Positions 42,021 through 53,762 of a DNA stretch of 64,000 bases are shown here, piece after piece. Numbering within the stretch: the stretch's first letter is position 1; each line of letters starts with the position of its first letter. A program made the position numbers and the translations under genes. Source of the stretch: a virus; IMG/VR virus record IMGVR_UViG_3300036715_002050, positions 73,416-137,415 of that record, one strand, 5' to 3'. The notes beneath the pieces are model-generated. The model was not told the origin of the DNA. It made no database searches and saw only the letters and a list, made by a program, of their open reading frames with translations.

Positions 42021-44222
42021 ATGCGTAAGAATGATTTGTCGATGCCGGAAGCCGTTACTATCCCAGACCTGAACTTTTCGTTCACCGAAGGTGGTTCGGT
42101 GACTTATAGTGGCATCGTGGCGTTGATGGCTCAAAATGCTTTTCGTGACGGTGAAGTCTTGTATGGCTATGCGTCACCCACCGAAGACGAAAACTTTTTC
42201 ATCCCTCCGGACAAGCAGCCGTTGTTCGAAGAGATTGTGCGTGAAATCGTGGATCGACTAAGCATGGAGCGTGTCGACGGGGACATCGGAATCACGCCTG
42301 ATGGGAAGTTTGCGCGCGAAGACGGCATGCAACGTTTGTACATGTCGGACACGTCCGTGCTGAACGTTTCGGTCTACGTCCGCGGGACATCGTTGCAGGC
42401 CCAAACGTCCTTCTATTCGACCGACCCAGATCTGGGGCACGTGTTCGAAAAGCTCGTGCAGTTTTACAAGCTAAACCAGAAGCCCATCCCGCCGCCCGAG
42501 CCGGAGCGTGAAGGGTCGGTGTATTGCTTGGTGACGACTCGTTCGGGTATGTCGTTCAAGGACATTGGCTCGATCTACATGCCGTTTGAGCCGAAGAACT
42601 ACCCGGCAGACGTGGTGGCGGACTACGAATTCGTGGTCAAGGATATCGCATCCGTCATGCCTAATGGGCGCTTAGCGTTGATGGCGTCGGAGCCGGGTTG
42701 TGGGAAGTGCTGGGGGCGTGATACGGAAATTCTGATGCACGACGGGTCCATCAAGAAAGTCCAAGACATTGTTGCGGGCGAATTCGTAATGGGCCCCGAC
42801 TCTACGCCACGCCGGGTTTTACGCACCAATACTGGGACAGGTCCCTTGTTCAAGATCGTGCCCACCAAGGGGCAGCCGTGGATTTGCAACGACGTCCACG
42901 TGTTGACTTTGGTCAGCAATGACGCCAAGTCAAAAGATGGGATCATCGACATTCCGTTAAATGAATATTTGACAAAGACGGATGCTTTCAAGCATCACCA
43001 CAAACTTTTCCGCGTGCCCGTAACTTTTCCTGTGCAAGAGAAGTTGCCACTAGACCCATACTTCTTAGGATTGTGGTTTGGAGATGGTACGAAAGACCTG
43101 AAAAGTGTGGGGATCTCCAAGCCTGACCGAGAAGTGTTGGATACGTGCCGTTCAATCGCTAAACAATTTGGTCTAGTTATTTCGACTTCTATCTCGTCTA
43201 ATGGATGCCCGACCCATCGCTTGGCTCAGGAAGAGTTGACTCGTTCGACGCCAAACAAGCTTGCACAGTTACTCAAGTCTGTTGTGGGAGAAGGCATTAA
43301 CGTTCCACAAAAGTATTTGACTGCCTCTACCGAAGAACGTTTGGAATTCTTGGCCGGTTGGTTGGATTCAGACGGAGCGCTGTGTGGAACAAACTGTTAC
43401 GACTTCATCCAGAAGCGCAAGGATTATTCGGACGCGGTTGCTTTCTTGGCGCGCTCAGTTGGGTTGGCTGCTTACGTGACTGAATGCGAAAAGACTTGCC
43501 AAAACGACTTTACCGGTACATACTACCGTGTATCGATTTCTGGTGACACCTCAATTATCCCCATGAGAATTCCGCGCAAGATGGCTGCAATGCGTCAACA
43601 GATCAAAAGCGCGCTGCGCACGGGATTCGAAGTAGAGTCTATCGGTGACGGCGAATACTTTGGGTTCACGTTGGAAGGAGATGGGCGTTTGGTCATGGGT
43701 GACTTCACCGTGGGTCACAACACCAAGATGATTGAGTCCATCATCTACAACGCGCGTAACGACGCGGTGATCCCGATCTTTGTTCCTGCGCACGAAGTAG
43801 AGCACGTTGGGTCGCCGGACTTCTTGCGTGCGTTGATGGAGTTGAATGGCTCACGTAAGCTGATCGTGCTGGAGGACGCGGACTTGGCCTTGACCAAGCG
43901 CAAGAAGGGCACGCCCGGTGCGGACTTGAAGTCCATCGCCGCTCTGTTGAACTTGACGGACGGTATCTTGGGTAACACGTTAGACTTGTACTTCTTGGTA
44001 ACGACCAACGCGGAATTGCCCGAGCTAGATCCGGCCATTACCCGCCCGGGGCGTCTGTCCAAGTTGATTGCACCCAAGAAGCTGACGGCTGTGGAAGCCG
44101 AAGAGTGCTTCTTGCACCACACCGAAACCCACCGCACTTTTAGCGAGCCGATGACGCTGGCGGCGGTGTACGAACAAATCCGTGCTCATCGCGCCAAGCA
44201 GTTGGTGTTGCCCGTAGAATAA
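42021..44222 (+). CDS. AAA+ ATPase with intein in Walker A
   Basis: EPGCGK|intein|T, Walker B IVLEDAD, LLNLTDGILG, TTN, DPAITRPGRL. Confidence 0.85.
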   Translation: MRKNDLSMPEAVTIPDLNFSFTEGGSVTYSGIVALMAQNAFRDGEVLYGYASPTEDENFFIPPDKQPLFEEIVREIVDRLSMERVDGDIGITPDGKFAREDGMQRLYMSDTSVLNVSVYVRGTSLQAQTSFYSTDPDLGHVFEKLVQFYKLNQKPIPPPEPEREGSVYCLVTTRSGMSFKDIGSIYMPFEPKNYPADVVADYEFVVKDIASVMPNGRLALMASEPGCGKCWGRDTEILMHDGSIKKVQDIVAGEFVMGPDSTPRRVLRTNTGTGPLFKIVPTKGQPWICNDVHVLTLVSNDAKSKDGIIDIPLNEYLTKTDAFKHHHKLFRVPVTFPVQEKLPLDPYFLGLWFGDGTKDLKSVGISKPDREVLDTCRSIAKQFGLVISTSISSNGCPTHRLAQEELTRSTPNKLAQLLKSVVGEGINVPQKYLTASTEERLEFLAGWLDSDGALCGTNCYDFIQKRKDYSDAVAFLARSVGLAAYVTECEKTCQNDFTGTYYRVSISGDTSIIPMRIPRKMAAMRQQIKSALRTGFEVESIGDGEYFGFTLEGDGRLVMGDFTVGHNTKMIESIIYNARNDAVIPIFVPAHEVEHVGSPDFLRALMELNGSRKLIVLEDADLALTKRKKGTPGADLKSIAALLNLTDGILGNTLDLYFLVTTNAELPELDPAITRPGRLSKLIAPKKLTAVEAEECFLHHTETHRTFSEPMTLAAVYEQIRAHRAKQLVLPVE
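42708..43721 (+). mobile_element. Intein (Hint plus LAGLIDADG endonuclease), 338 aa
   Basis: CWGRDTEILMHDGS...DPYFLGLWFGDG...LAGWLDSDG...GDFTVGHN followed by T. Confidence 0.92.
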
Positions 44223-45447
44223 GTTGGCGTCCAAGGAGGGTCGATGACGATTGAGTATTCTAAGACATGGTCTGGACAAGACAATTCGTCACCTTTGTGG
44301 GATGATGGGCATTGGGGGTGGATAGTCGACGATGATGCTGGACAAGTTCCATGGGAAGGAAACATGCGCCCTGCCGGTGACAAGCGATTCGACTTGAACC
44401 GTGCGATGAATTGCGTGGACGCGTATGGTGAAGTGTGTCTGTCCGATACCTCTTTTGTAAAGGTGACCGATGAGTAATCCCAAAGCCGCGTGGCCGCCCG
44501 CATCGGCGCCGCCCAAAGAACAACAGGAGCGGTCAGTTCGTGTAGATCGTGCCAACCAATATTGGTTGATAAGCCGCCGCGGCGCGCCACATGTGGGTCA
44601 CCAAACCAAGACAGAACAACTCATGGGCTCGTGGTGGGTGAAGTTTCACGGTGGCGCGCCGGAACGTATCGATTGGTACGACCGGCAAGAGCGGTCGACG
44701 GTTGACACAATGGATTTGGTGCTCGATGAATGACCTAGATGAGTTCTACGGTGCGCTCGGCAAGCAATACGTTCCGTCACCCAAAGAGTTAGACGATGAT
44801 GGGCCGGACTGTTGGTGGTCAGAAGACGGGAACGACCCCACGTCCTACAAGTACGATGGGACAGATTGGAAAGCGCTGGACGACGGTGGAGCAGACGATG
44901 GTCCCGGGCGCTGTTGGTGTGAAGAAGACGAATCGGAACGTATGGCAACGCGGGCAGCCCGAAAGTTTTTGCGGACTTATTCGATGGGAGATCCCGATGT
45001 CCTATGACTGGAACGTCCGCAAAGAGATCAAGCGCCGGGAGCATCCGTGGAATCCGACCCGGTTTTACTTGTATGATTCGGGGCCGCACCAGCCCGTGCT
45101 AGAAGCACGCGCAAGACAAACACAAAAGAATCCGGAACGAGAGGGTTGGCAATTCGGGAACACCTGGCCCTATGCGTATCACCGCACGTGGTCCGCGCCA
45201 CTACAAACACAGTACCTTGACATGGACCCGGAAGCCGACTAGGATGGTGGTCATGGGTTACACGGGATGGACCGATGAAGACCCGGAAGAAGACCGCGAC
45301 CGGGGGTACAACGCTCGTCAATCCGGGAGCCAACCGGTAGAATACCAAGCGCATTTTGTGTATGATGCAACAAAATTCGGGATAGAAAATCTTAGGTCTT
45401 ATTTTGGAAAATGGCAGCGCGAACACGTAGGACACGAGGAAACACAA

Positions 45448-47685
45448 ATGACTGACGCAAACAACAAGCCCGCCCCCGCCAAGAAGCTTGGGTACAACAT
45501 TTCGCAAGACTCGACCTTGAACGGTCAAGTGGTTGCGTACCAGCACTTCTTGGAAAACGGGTTGGTAATCCACAAAAAGAACAAGGGCATCCACGTCCCC
45601 TACAGCCGCTTGAAGGAGTTCAATACGCAGCTAGCTAAACAACTGCAAGGCTTTGAATTGCGCATCCAAAACGGCACGTCGTCTATGTACCAGCGCGTGG
45701 TGGAAGGTGTGCCCGGCAACGACTTTGTGTTCACGTATCGTTCCAAGGCGGAAAAGCACGTGGAAATCAATGTGACGTGCATGTCTGACCGCCCGGACTT
45801 TTCGCTGGGATTCTTGCGCCAACTGGTCAAGTTCAGGCGAGTCATCAAAGGCGACAAGTTTATTTCGCTGTTGACGATTGTCAACGGCCAAGTGTCGTTG
45901 TCCCGTCAAAAGGTGGACGTGAAGACGTTCTCGGAGCGCCACTACAATGACACGATGATCCCGATTTACCACAAGATGATGAAAAAGGTGAACACGGGTG
46001 ACGGGGTAGGGAAGATCGCGCTGTTGACGGGGTTGCCCGGAACCGCCAAGTGTCTCGGCTTGGGTACCAAGGTGATTAAGTTTGACGGCTCTATCGTCAA
46101 CGTGGAAGACGTTGTGGTTGGTGATGTGCTTATGGGTCCTGACTCTAAGCCTCGTATCGTCCAGTCCGTAAGCCGTGGCGAGTCTCCGTTGTATAAGATC
46201 GTTCCTACCAAGGGCGAATCTTGGGTGTGCAACGATGTTCACGTGCTAACTCTAGTCCATTCTACTAAAAATGAAGTGGTAGATATTGCTCTGCCTGATT
46301 ATATGTCTAGCAATAAATCGTTCAAGGAAAAGGCAAAGCTATTTCAGCCTGAAAACGGCGTGGAGTTTCAAACGTCGCAAGATAAACTACCAATCGACCC
46401 GTACTTTGTCGGCGTGTGGCTGGGTGATGGGACTAAGCAGTTCGATGTTTCTGGGGTTAACCCGTCACGACTAAATGGCGTTCACATCAGTAAGCCCGAC
46501 CAGGAGATCCGGGATATGTGCGCAAATGAAGCCGCAAAGTGGGGGCTTGCTCTCAACACTACTTATGGCGGTAATACTAATTCATGCCCGACCTATCGTT
46601 TGTCAGCAGGACGTGGTCTGGGTGAACCAAAAGAAAATCGCAATCCTCTTTTGACCGAAATGCAGAAGCTATTCCCCAATCGCGTTATCCACATTCCTGC
46701 AATTTACCTACGCGCCTCTCGTGCAGAACGTCTGGAACTGTTGGCTGGGATCTTGGATACCGACGGATATTTGGGCGATAATTGTTATGAGATTTCTCAA
46801 AAGTCCGTGACGCTAGCAAATGACATTGCATTCTTGGCACGCTCCGTCGGGCTCAAGGTTACGCAGACTGTGACGACCGTAAATAAAGGACATTATACCA
46901 AAGCCCAAATCTCTGGGCATGTGGACATGATTCCTTGCCGAATCGCACGTAAGCAAGCTCAGCCGCGCAAGCAAGTCAAGAATGCCCTGCGTACCGGTTT
47001 TAAAGTGGAGTCAATTGGTGTAGGTCCTTACGCGGGGTTCACCCTGGATGGCGATGGTCGTTTCTTGCTAGGCGATTTTACGGTTACTCACAACACTACG
47101 TTGTTGCAGGCAATTGCGCATGACTTGGACGAGGACAAGGCTATCGCGGCCTTCGTCAATCCTTGGGACTTTTCCCAAAAGTTCGATGACAACTTTGTTA
47201 TTCAGCTAGCTGACCAGTGCCGAGGCAAGAGACTGGTGCTGTTCATCGAAGACTCGGAAGCCATCATCGGGCCCCGCAATGACGGCAACTCCGGCCACGT
47301 GTCGCGTCTGCTGAACTTGACGGACGGGATTTTGGGCAAGATTTTGGACATCTTCGTGGTGTGCACAGCCAACCAGCGCCAAGTGGATATCGACTCGGCT
47401 TTGACGCGCGCTGGGCGCTGCTTGGTTAACGTGGAAGTGCTGCCACTGGAGCGTGAAAAGGCCAATGGGCTGTACTGGTTTGAGCGCGACCAACTGTGCA
47501 AGAAGCATGGTTTGGAGTGCGTGACCCCCACGGACGAGAAAGCTTTCAACGCGGTTTTTAAGGACGAGGCCACCGTAGCCGAAGTGTACCAGCGCTTCTA
47601 TGATGACACCGCCCGCACCGTCGAAGACTCGCTGGGGCAAACCGTCACCACCAAGAAGAAGGGCAAGATGGGGTTTGGGTCGTGA
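45448..47685 (+). CDS. AAA+ ATPase paralogue with intein in Walker A
   Basis: GAGGA RBS; GLPGTAK|intein|TT, LFIEDSE, LLNLTDGILG, TAN, DSALTRAGR. Confidence 0.85.
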   Translation: MTDANNKPAPAKKLGYNISQDSTLNGQVVAYQHFLENGLVIHKKNKGIHVPYSRLKEFNTQLAKQLQGFELRIQNGTSSMYQRVVEGVPGNDFVFTYRSKAEKHVEINVTCMSDRPDFSLGFLRQLVKFRRVIKGDKFISLLTIVNGQVSLSRQKVDVKTFSERHYNDTMIPIYHKMMKKVNTGDGVGKIALLTGLPGTAKCLGLGTKVIKFDGSIVNVEDVVVGDVLMGPDSKPRIVQSVSRGESPLYKIVPTKGESWVCNDVHVLTLVHSTKNEVVDIALPDYMSSNKSFKEKAKLFQPENGVEFQTSQDKLPIDPYFVGVWLGDGTKQFDVSGVNPSRLNGVHISKPDQEIRDMCANEAAKWGLALNTTYGGNTNSCPTYRLSAGRGLGEPKENRNPLLTEMQKLFPNRVIHIPAIYLRASRAERLELLAGILDTDGYLGDNCYEISQKSVTLANDIAFLARSVGLKVTQTVTTVNKGHYTKAQISGHVDMIPCRIARKQAQPRKQVKNALRTGFKVESIGVGPYAGFTLDGDGRFLLGDFTVTHNTTLLQAIAHDLDEDKAIAAFVNPWDFSQKFDDNFVIQLADQCRGKRLVLFIEDSEAIIGPRNDGNSGHVSRLLNLTDGILGKILDIFVVCTANQRQVDIDSALTRAGRCLVNVEVLPLEREKANGLYWFERDQLCKKHGLECVTPTDEKAFNAVFKDEATVAEVYQRFYDDTARTVEDSLGQTVTTKKKGKMGFGS
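46051..47094 (+). mobile_element. Intein (Hint plus LAGLIDADG endonuclease), 348 aa
   Basis: CLGLGTKVIKFDGS...DPYFVGVWLGDG...LAGILDTDG...GDFTVTHN followed by T. Confidence 0.92.
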
Positions 47686-48299
47686 TCTACAAGCTAGGTG
47701 ACGATTGGTCCGGCAAAAAGCACACGTTAGAAAGTGCCACCAAACGCTTGGAAGACCTAGGGAATCTGGAACAAGGGTGGTATGGTCACGACTCATACCC
47801 CGGTTTAGCTATCCAACCCGAATATATCAAATACGGGTTGAAGTTATTGACGGCGCTAAGGGGGGCTGGGTGCAACTTGCCGTCGTTGTTTCCTGGCATC
47901 GAAGGCTCCTTGATCTTGGAATGGATGGATTCACGGATCAATTTTGACATCGAAGTAACGTTCGAAGGTGCGGTTTTGCACACATTTGCACTGGCACCCG
48001 AAGACGACCGTGAGTTGTATGAAAAGCTGGACCCATCGCCTAAAGTAGCCGCCGTCCGTGTGCAAGAGATAATGGAAAAAGTGTGCAAGGAGTGGCTGCC
48101 ATGTCCAACCCCGTCACCCTAGAAGACGTACGCCGGGTCCTCAAGACCGGCGCTATGTCGGGTAAAGAAATCGCCATCGCTTTGGGAGCAGACACCCTAC
48201 GGGCAAGCGCTTTGTCTGATTTGTTGCTGGACGCCCTGTTGCACGGGCGCTTGCTGTGTACATGGGACGGCAAAATCTGTTTGCGGAAGGAATGATCGA

Positions 48300-48851
48300 A
48301 TGGGCTATGAAAATTTGCTTAGTAGTGATTCGATAGAGTGGTCCACAGACCCGCGTGTTTTTGCATCTTTGAATAAAGAGTTCGCGTTTACGTTAGACCC
48401 GTGTTGCACGGCACAAAACGCCACTTGTACCAAGTTCTATACTAAAGAGCAAGACGGTCTGAAGCAGTCTTGGGCTAAAGAAACAGTTTTTATGAATCCG
48501 CCATACGGCAACGCTAAGCAGCCTTGCCAAAAGAATTGCCGCAAGAAAGGTTGTGCAAAACGCGGGTATCACCAACTCGTATATGAACCCGGAATCCAAG
48601 ACTGGATCAAGAAAGCCATCCGCGAAGCTTGGGTCGGCCAAGCTACCGTAGTAATGCTTATTCCAGCCCGTACAGAAACCAAGTGGTTTGGATTATTTAC
48701 AGATTTAGCTTCGGAAATCCGTTTTTATAAAGGGCGACTCCGTTTTGGTGGAATGGGTAGTGTAGCACCATTCCCTTCGGCAGCGGTGGTCTTGACTCCG
48801 ACCGGTCCTATGACTAAGATGCCGGTGGTGCGTTGGGTGCGTCCGTGGTAA
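48300..48851 (+). CDS. dam: Phage DNA N6-adenine methyltransferase (Dam-like)
   Basis: EW.T...F..L..EF.F.LDPC...DGL.QSW...VFMNPPY...VVMLIPART.TKWF. Confidence 0.88.
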   Translation: MGYENLLSSDSIEWSTDPRVFASLNKEFAFTLDPCCTAQNATCTKFYTKEQDGLKQSWAKETVFMNPPYGNAKQPCQKNCRKKGCAKRGYHQLVYEPGIQDWIKKAIREAWVGQATVVMLIPARTETKWFGLFTDLASEIRFYKGRLRFGGMGSVAPFPSAAVVLTPTGPMTKMPVVRWVRPW

Positions 48852-51800
48852 AGCGCGGACGCTCTTATTTTCGAGGCGGTCTTGGGAACAACAAAGAACA
48901 CAAAGATTGTGGCTTGACCAACAAATTGGGTTTTATATTGACACAAAAACCGCTCAAGGCACTTATCGACAGTGCTTTCTAGAAAGCACACCAGAACAGT
49001 CCGACATACACGACAACAAAGATTTTGTAGTGTCATCTTACAGAATGGATTTGTGGCCTTGGAATTCGTGGGAAGACCGTTACAATGATCCCAAAAAGGT
49101 TTTTTGTTATGAATTCGTTCCACGCATACGCCACTTTGGACCAGACGTAGTTTACAGAGAAGACTTACCGGAGGATTAAAATGACTTTGTTAGAGCAACT
49201 GTTCAAGCATAACGTAGATAAGCTATTGGAAGCAGGCAGTTTGAAGCCGACGACCAAGCTGACGCAAATCCGACCAGAAACGTGTACGGTAGAGTTCGAG
49301 TGGGTGGTGGCAGACAACGACGTGGAGTACGTGCGGGCATTAGCCAAGGTAAGCGATCCCAAGAAGATCGTGTTGGCGGCTATGGTACCCGGGCCCGGAT
49401 TGGTTGCGCACTTTTCGTTGGAAACGTGGAAAGAAATGTTGGAGATGTAAAAAGGAGCGCCATGCCTTGTCGATCTGGAGATGAGTGTTGGTCTTGCGGT
49501 CATAGTCCGAGTGATACTACGTCCCGGGCGCAAGTGGATACTGCTTCTTTCCACGTCTGCCCTACGATTGACCGCACCAAGTACGTAGACGAGTGGATGT
49601 TTTGTGAAGCAATGGCCAAGCTAGAAGAGGCCGAATGGGCTACCTTGGTTGATGACCGGGGCACGTGGCCCATGTTGAAGGCGCGGTTGTACCCGACCGA
49701 AGTGGCCGGGCTGCGGGCGCTGGTGCAATACTTGAACGACCTGTTAGAGCACGAACGCGACGAAATGGAGTGGGACAAATGACTGAAAAAACTTATAGCA
49801 TTTCTAAGAAGAACTTGCAAGACCTGTTGGAACTGTGGGCTGACTTGCAAGGATTGCGCACGACGGTAGATGCTCGAAAAGATCCGGCGGCGATTATGAT
49901 GCTAAACCAAGCGGTGTTGCGCATTGACGAGATCATTTCGTTACCGGAGTACAAGGAAGCGTTTGAAGACGAACCGGTGGTCGATCCCAGCGAGTCTATT
50001 TCGATCACGTGGTCTGCAGAAGACCAAGCGTTAGCCGATTCGTCGGTACCGTCTGTTGGTGCCGAGCGTTTTTGGGAAGAGGAGTTCGAACGGGGGTTCA
50101 ACAAGGCGCTGGGCACCCCGTCCGGGGCGTTGACCTCGGCCCCAGGATCGGCTACGGTGGGTAAATCAAAGGGCGAGCAAGCCCTCAAGGAGTGGGTCGA
50201 TGGCATCGACGACGAATGACGTAGACGTGGCGCCCGAACTGATCGAGTACGATTTCGCCTACACGTACTTGGGGTTCAACAAAGCTGTACGGTTGTTGAC
50301 CGGGCGCGACGAAGATGCCGCGTTGGCGTTCTTGGACTTGTTGTGGCGGAATTTGAACGAAGCCACCCGCACCTTTTGCAAGTCCGGCACCTTGGACGAT
50401 TTGATGGCCGAGTGTGTGGCCAAAGGCGTGCCCGACCACTACACCCAAATCTTTAGCCGCGAATTTATCACCGCTCCCCAGAACTCACCCACAATACCCG
50501 ACATAGACACCGACACACACAAGGACACCAAATGACTTTCGGACAAGCGGCAAGCGGCGTATTCACGGGGATAGCTGTAGCAGTTGCAGCCGGTTTGGCA
50601 GCATGTGTCGGAGAAAGTATCCAGGCCGATGGACACGTGGAGTATTGCCGCATTAAAACCGTGCAGCAAGCCAACATCGCCAACATGTACCACTTAATTG
50701 GGTTTCGTCCGTGGCGCCCAGACACGACCATCGTGGTCACACAAACGCTGACGGAAGCGGTCCAGGCTGCTGCAGCTATCAACTGCCCGCTGAACAAACC
50801 CACCAAGGACACCAAATGATCATCGAAAACCGTCTACGAAAGCCAACTCTTTTTCACCTGCTTTCCATAGGAGATTTGTTTACTTTGGACGGCCCTGAAG
50901 TCTACATGAAACTACAACCGTTTCAAAGGAATGGGTTGAATTACAATGCTGTCGTACAGAACAACGGAGCGATGTGTGTCTTTGCAGACAATACGAACGT
51001 TCGGGTGTGCACGGGCGTTCTAACCATCAAGGACTGACCAATGAAAATCTTGGAAAAAGGTACTGGGCAAAAGACGTGGGCGAAGCGGGCGACGTGCGCT
51101 GTGTCCCGGGGCGGCTGCGGGGCCAAGCTGTTGGTAGAAGCTACAGACATTTACCGATGGACCCACCACGACTACGGCGGCGGTCTGATACCTACCAAGC
51201 TTTTCGTTGTCCTGAATGTGGTGTAGAGACTTACATCGATGTACCGTTTGATGTCAAATGCACTGGACGAGATCGTACCAAGTCTTCTGCGGGATCTGAT
51301 CCTTGGGATTGATTTTTAGAACTTTAACAAAGGAGCAATAAATGTGGACTCATTTTTGGGATATGCATTCAGGTGGCAAGATCAAAACTGCATGGGCACA
51401 TATCTATATCGAAGCACCTATCGAACAAGCGCGTGGCATTTTTTACCAAATGTTTGGGCGCAATCCGGACTATATTTCATGTTCATGTTGTGGGTCAGAC
51501 TTTTCGGTGTCAGAATCCGACACGATTGATCAAGCAACGGAATACCAGCGCGGTTATCGTCACCCCCGTATGTCGGTAGAAGAATACGTGGTCCAGCCAG
51601 AAGTCAAAGTTGTGTACGCGGCAGAAGCAGCTACAGTAGACGCGCAAGCGGGTGTCAAAGCTATTCGACACGAAGAGTGCTGGGTTTGCGCCGCTGCCGC
51701 GGGCGAGGACTGGTAATGGGGTTCAGACACATTGAAAGAGTCCGCTGGGAAGAAGTAGAACTGTTTGCTACCACGGGGGTGATGAAGATGGTCAAACTCC

Positions 51801-52031
51801 GGTCGGTGTTGTGCTTGGTCGACAAAGCGTGGAAGTGGCGTACGGTGTTGCCGATTCGCCATCGTCCTGCTGAAATCGACCCGACGGACCCGACCATCTG
51901 CCCTAAGTGCTTGGAAGTCTATGCGCTGGAGTCGTTGGAGTGGGTAGAAGCGGGTGGCGAGCATCCTCGCCCGCATTGACTGTACCGTCTAGGTCGTATA
52001 AAAGACTTGGTTAAATAACAAGGAGCATCAT

Positions 52032-52985
52032 ATGGGTTACAAATCGATCAACAACCTGCACAAAGACCCCGACGTAATGTCGACGGGCAAAGAGCTGTAT
52101 GAAACAGAAAAGATCCACGGGACTTCAACCAACATTCTGTTGACCAAGCTGCCGCAAGGTGAAGTGGCTGTCGAATTGATGCATGGTGGGCTGAAGAGTG
52201 CAGCGTCGTTTGCGCAGATCGTAGAGAAGTTTTTGCTGTTGGACCGTGCGCCCAACATGTTTTCGCAGTTGTCGGCATCGGAGGTGCAAATCTTCGGGGA
52301 AGGGTATGGCGGGAACGTTCTGCAGATGGGCAAAACGTATGGGCCAGAAATCCGGTTCGTAGCGTTCGAAGTATTCGTGACGCACACTTCCGGCAAAACG
52401 GAGTGGCTAACTGTGCCAGAAGCAGAAAAAGTGGCGCGCATTATGGGGTGCGACTTTGTGCCTTGGTCCAAGATCCCGTCCACATGGGAAGCGGTAGACA
52501 AAGCACGTAACCAGCCGTCCCGTTTGGCTGCGCGGATCTTCCCGGAAGGCGATGGTCGTTGCGAAGGCGTGGTGTTGCGTCCATTGGTAGAAACCGTGAA
52601 CTACGACAACGAAACGGTGCGCGCTAAACACAAGCAGTCGTGGGCGCGTGAGAACAAAGCGCTGCCGGTGCGTGGAGCGAAGTACGACCAGAAGCTAGCG
52701 TCCGTCAAGGAGTTGGCCCAGGAGTGGGTGACGGTCGGGCGTCTAGCGCACGTCCTAGACCATTTGCGGGCGCGTGGGGTGGCATGCACGGGGCCCCAGG
52801 ACACCCGGGCAGTCATCGAAGAGATGGTGGCGGACGTAAAAAAGGAAGCGGGGGTTGACACGCAGCCGCTTTTGACCGAGGATGTTTGTAAGGCGATGGG
52901 GCGGATGGCCGCCGGGATGTTCTTGGCATGTACCAAGAACCCAGACGGTTTTTGCTTTGACATGCCGACGGAACCCGGAGAATGA
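52032..52985 (+). CDS. Rnl2-family RNA ligase
   Basis: Y.SI.N, motif I TEKIHGTS, IFGEGYGG..L, FVAFEV, EGVVLRP, AKHK, plus C-terminal domain. Confidence 0.82.
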   Translation: MGYKSINNLHKDPDVMSTGKELYETEKIHGTSTNILLTKLPQGEVAVELMHGGLKSAASFAQIVEKFLLLDRAPNMFSQLSASEVQIFGEGYGGNVLQMGKTYGPEIRFVAFEVFVTHTSGKTEWLTVPEAEKVARIMGCDFVPWSKIPSTWEAVDKARNQPSRLAARIFPEGDGRCEGVVLRPLVETVNYDNETVRAKHKQSWARENKALPVRGAKYDQKLASVKELAQEWVTVGRLAHVLDHLRARGVACTGPQDTRAVIEEMVADVKKEAGVDTQPLLTEDVCKAMGRMAAGMFLACTKNPDGFCFDMPTEPGE

Positions 52986-53334
52986 CCATGGATGCTGGAA
53001 CCTTGAAGAAGCAACAGACGGTGTACATCGCTTCGCTGGCCGGTGTGGTGTCAGCGGTGGTGTCGGGATACGGTGATCGTACGGTAACTTGCAAGGTCAA
53101 CAAATTGCCCAACCCTACTTACGAAGTGTTTTCCCGGGACTTTGTCACCGCTGCCTTTTTCGCCACCCGCGAAGAGGCAGACGCTTACCATACCACATTA
53201 GTCGCGCGCCACAACGCCCGCGCCGAAGGATAACCGGAAGAAGATTTCGAAGAAGTGTTGGAAGTGGTGGTTGAAAGCATCAGTGACTTTTTGGGTGACA
53301 TGCCGACCAATTAAGCGTAGTTAATCTGCTATAA

Positions 53335-53715
53335 ATGGGGTCTAAAATGTTCGGGTTCGGGAAAATGCTGGGGGCGTTGGTGGGGTGCATGTTGGCCATG
53401 TCCGGGTCGGTGTTTGTTGCCGCATGTGGTGGGGACGAGTGGGAAGAGTCGGCGCCCACGGAAACCACCCACGACTACCCGGTCGAGCAGCCCTTTGGCG
53501 GAGACACTACGGCGTATGAAGGTGCAGGCGCAGGCGGCGCTGTTCCGGACGTGATCATTCACCAAGAATGCGTGGGTGAAGACTGCGGTGCGCCAGACGA
53601 CACACTTCGACAAGCAGATCCGTCAGAAGCAGTCGAAAATCCGCCCGCCTTTTCTGACGAACCCGATCCCCGATTTGATTTGCGACATACGTGGATCAAC
53701 ACCCGCGTCCGTTAA
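53335..53715 (+). CDS. Acidic putative lipoprotein
   Basis: Hydrophobic signal, lipobox VAAC-GGD. Confidence 0.6.
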   Translation: MGSKMFGFGKMLGALVGCMLAMSGSVFVAACGGDEWEESAPTETTHDYPVEQPFGGDTTAYEGAGAGGAVPDVIIHQECVGEDCGAPDDTLRQADPSEAVENPPAFSDEPDPRFDLRHTWINTRVR

Positions 53716-53762
53716 AAGCGCGGGAGCAACCAACAAACACCCCTTGACCCTAGCACCCACCC

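Noticed and set aside
45172-45447. N-terminal extension of the second AAA ATPase
   Set aside because: A good RBS and ATG lie at 45448; the upstream in-frame stretch probably belongs to the preceding, possibly frameshifted, gene.
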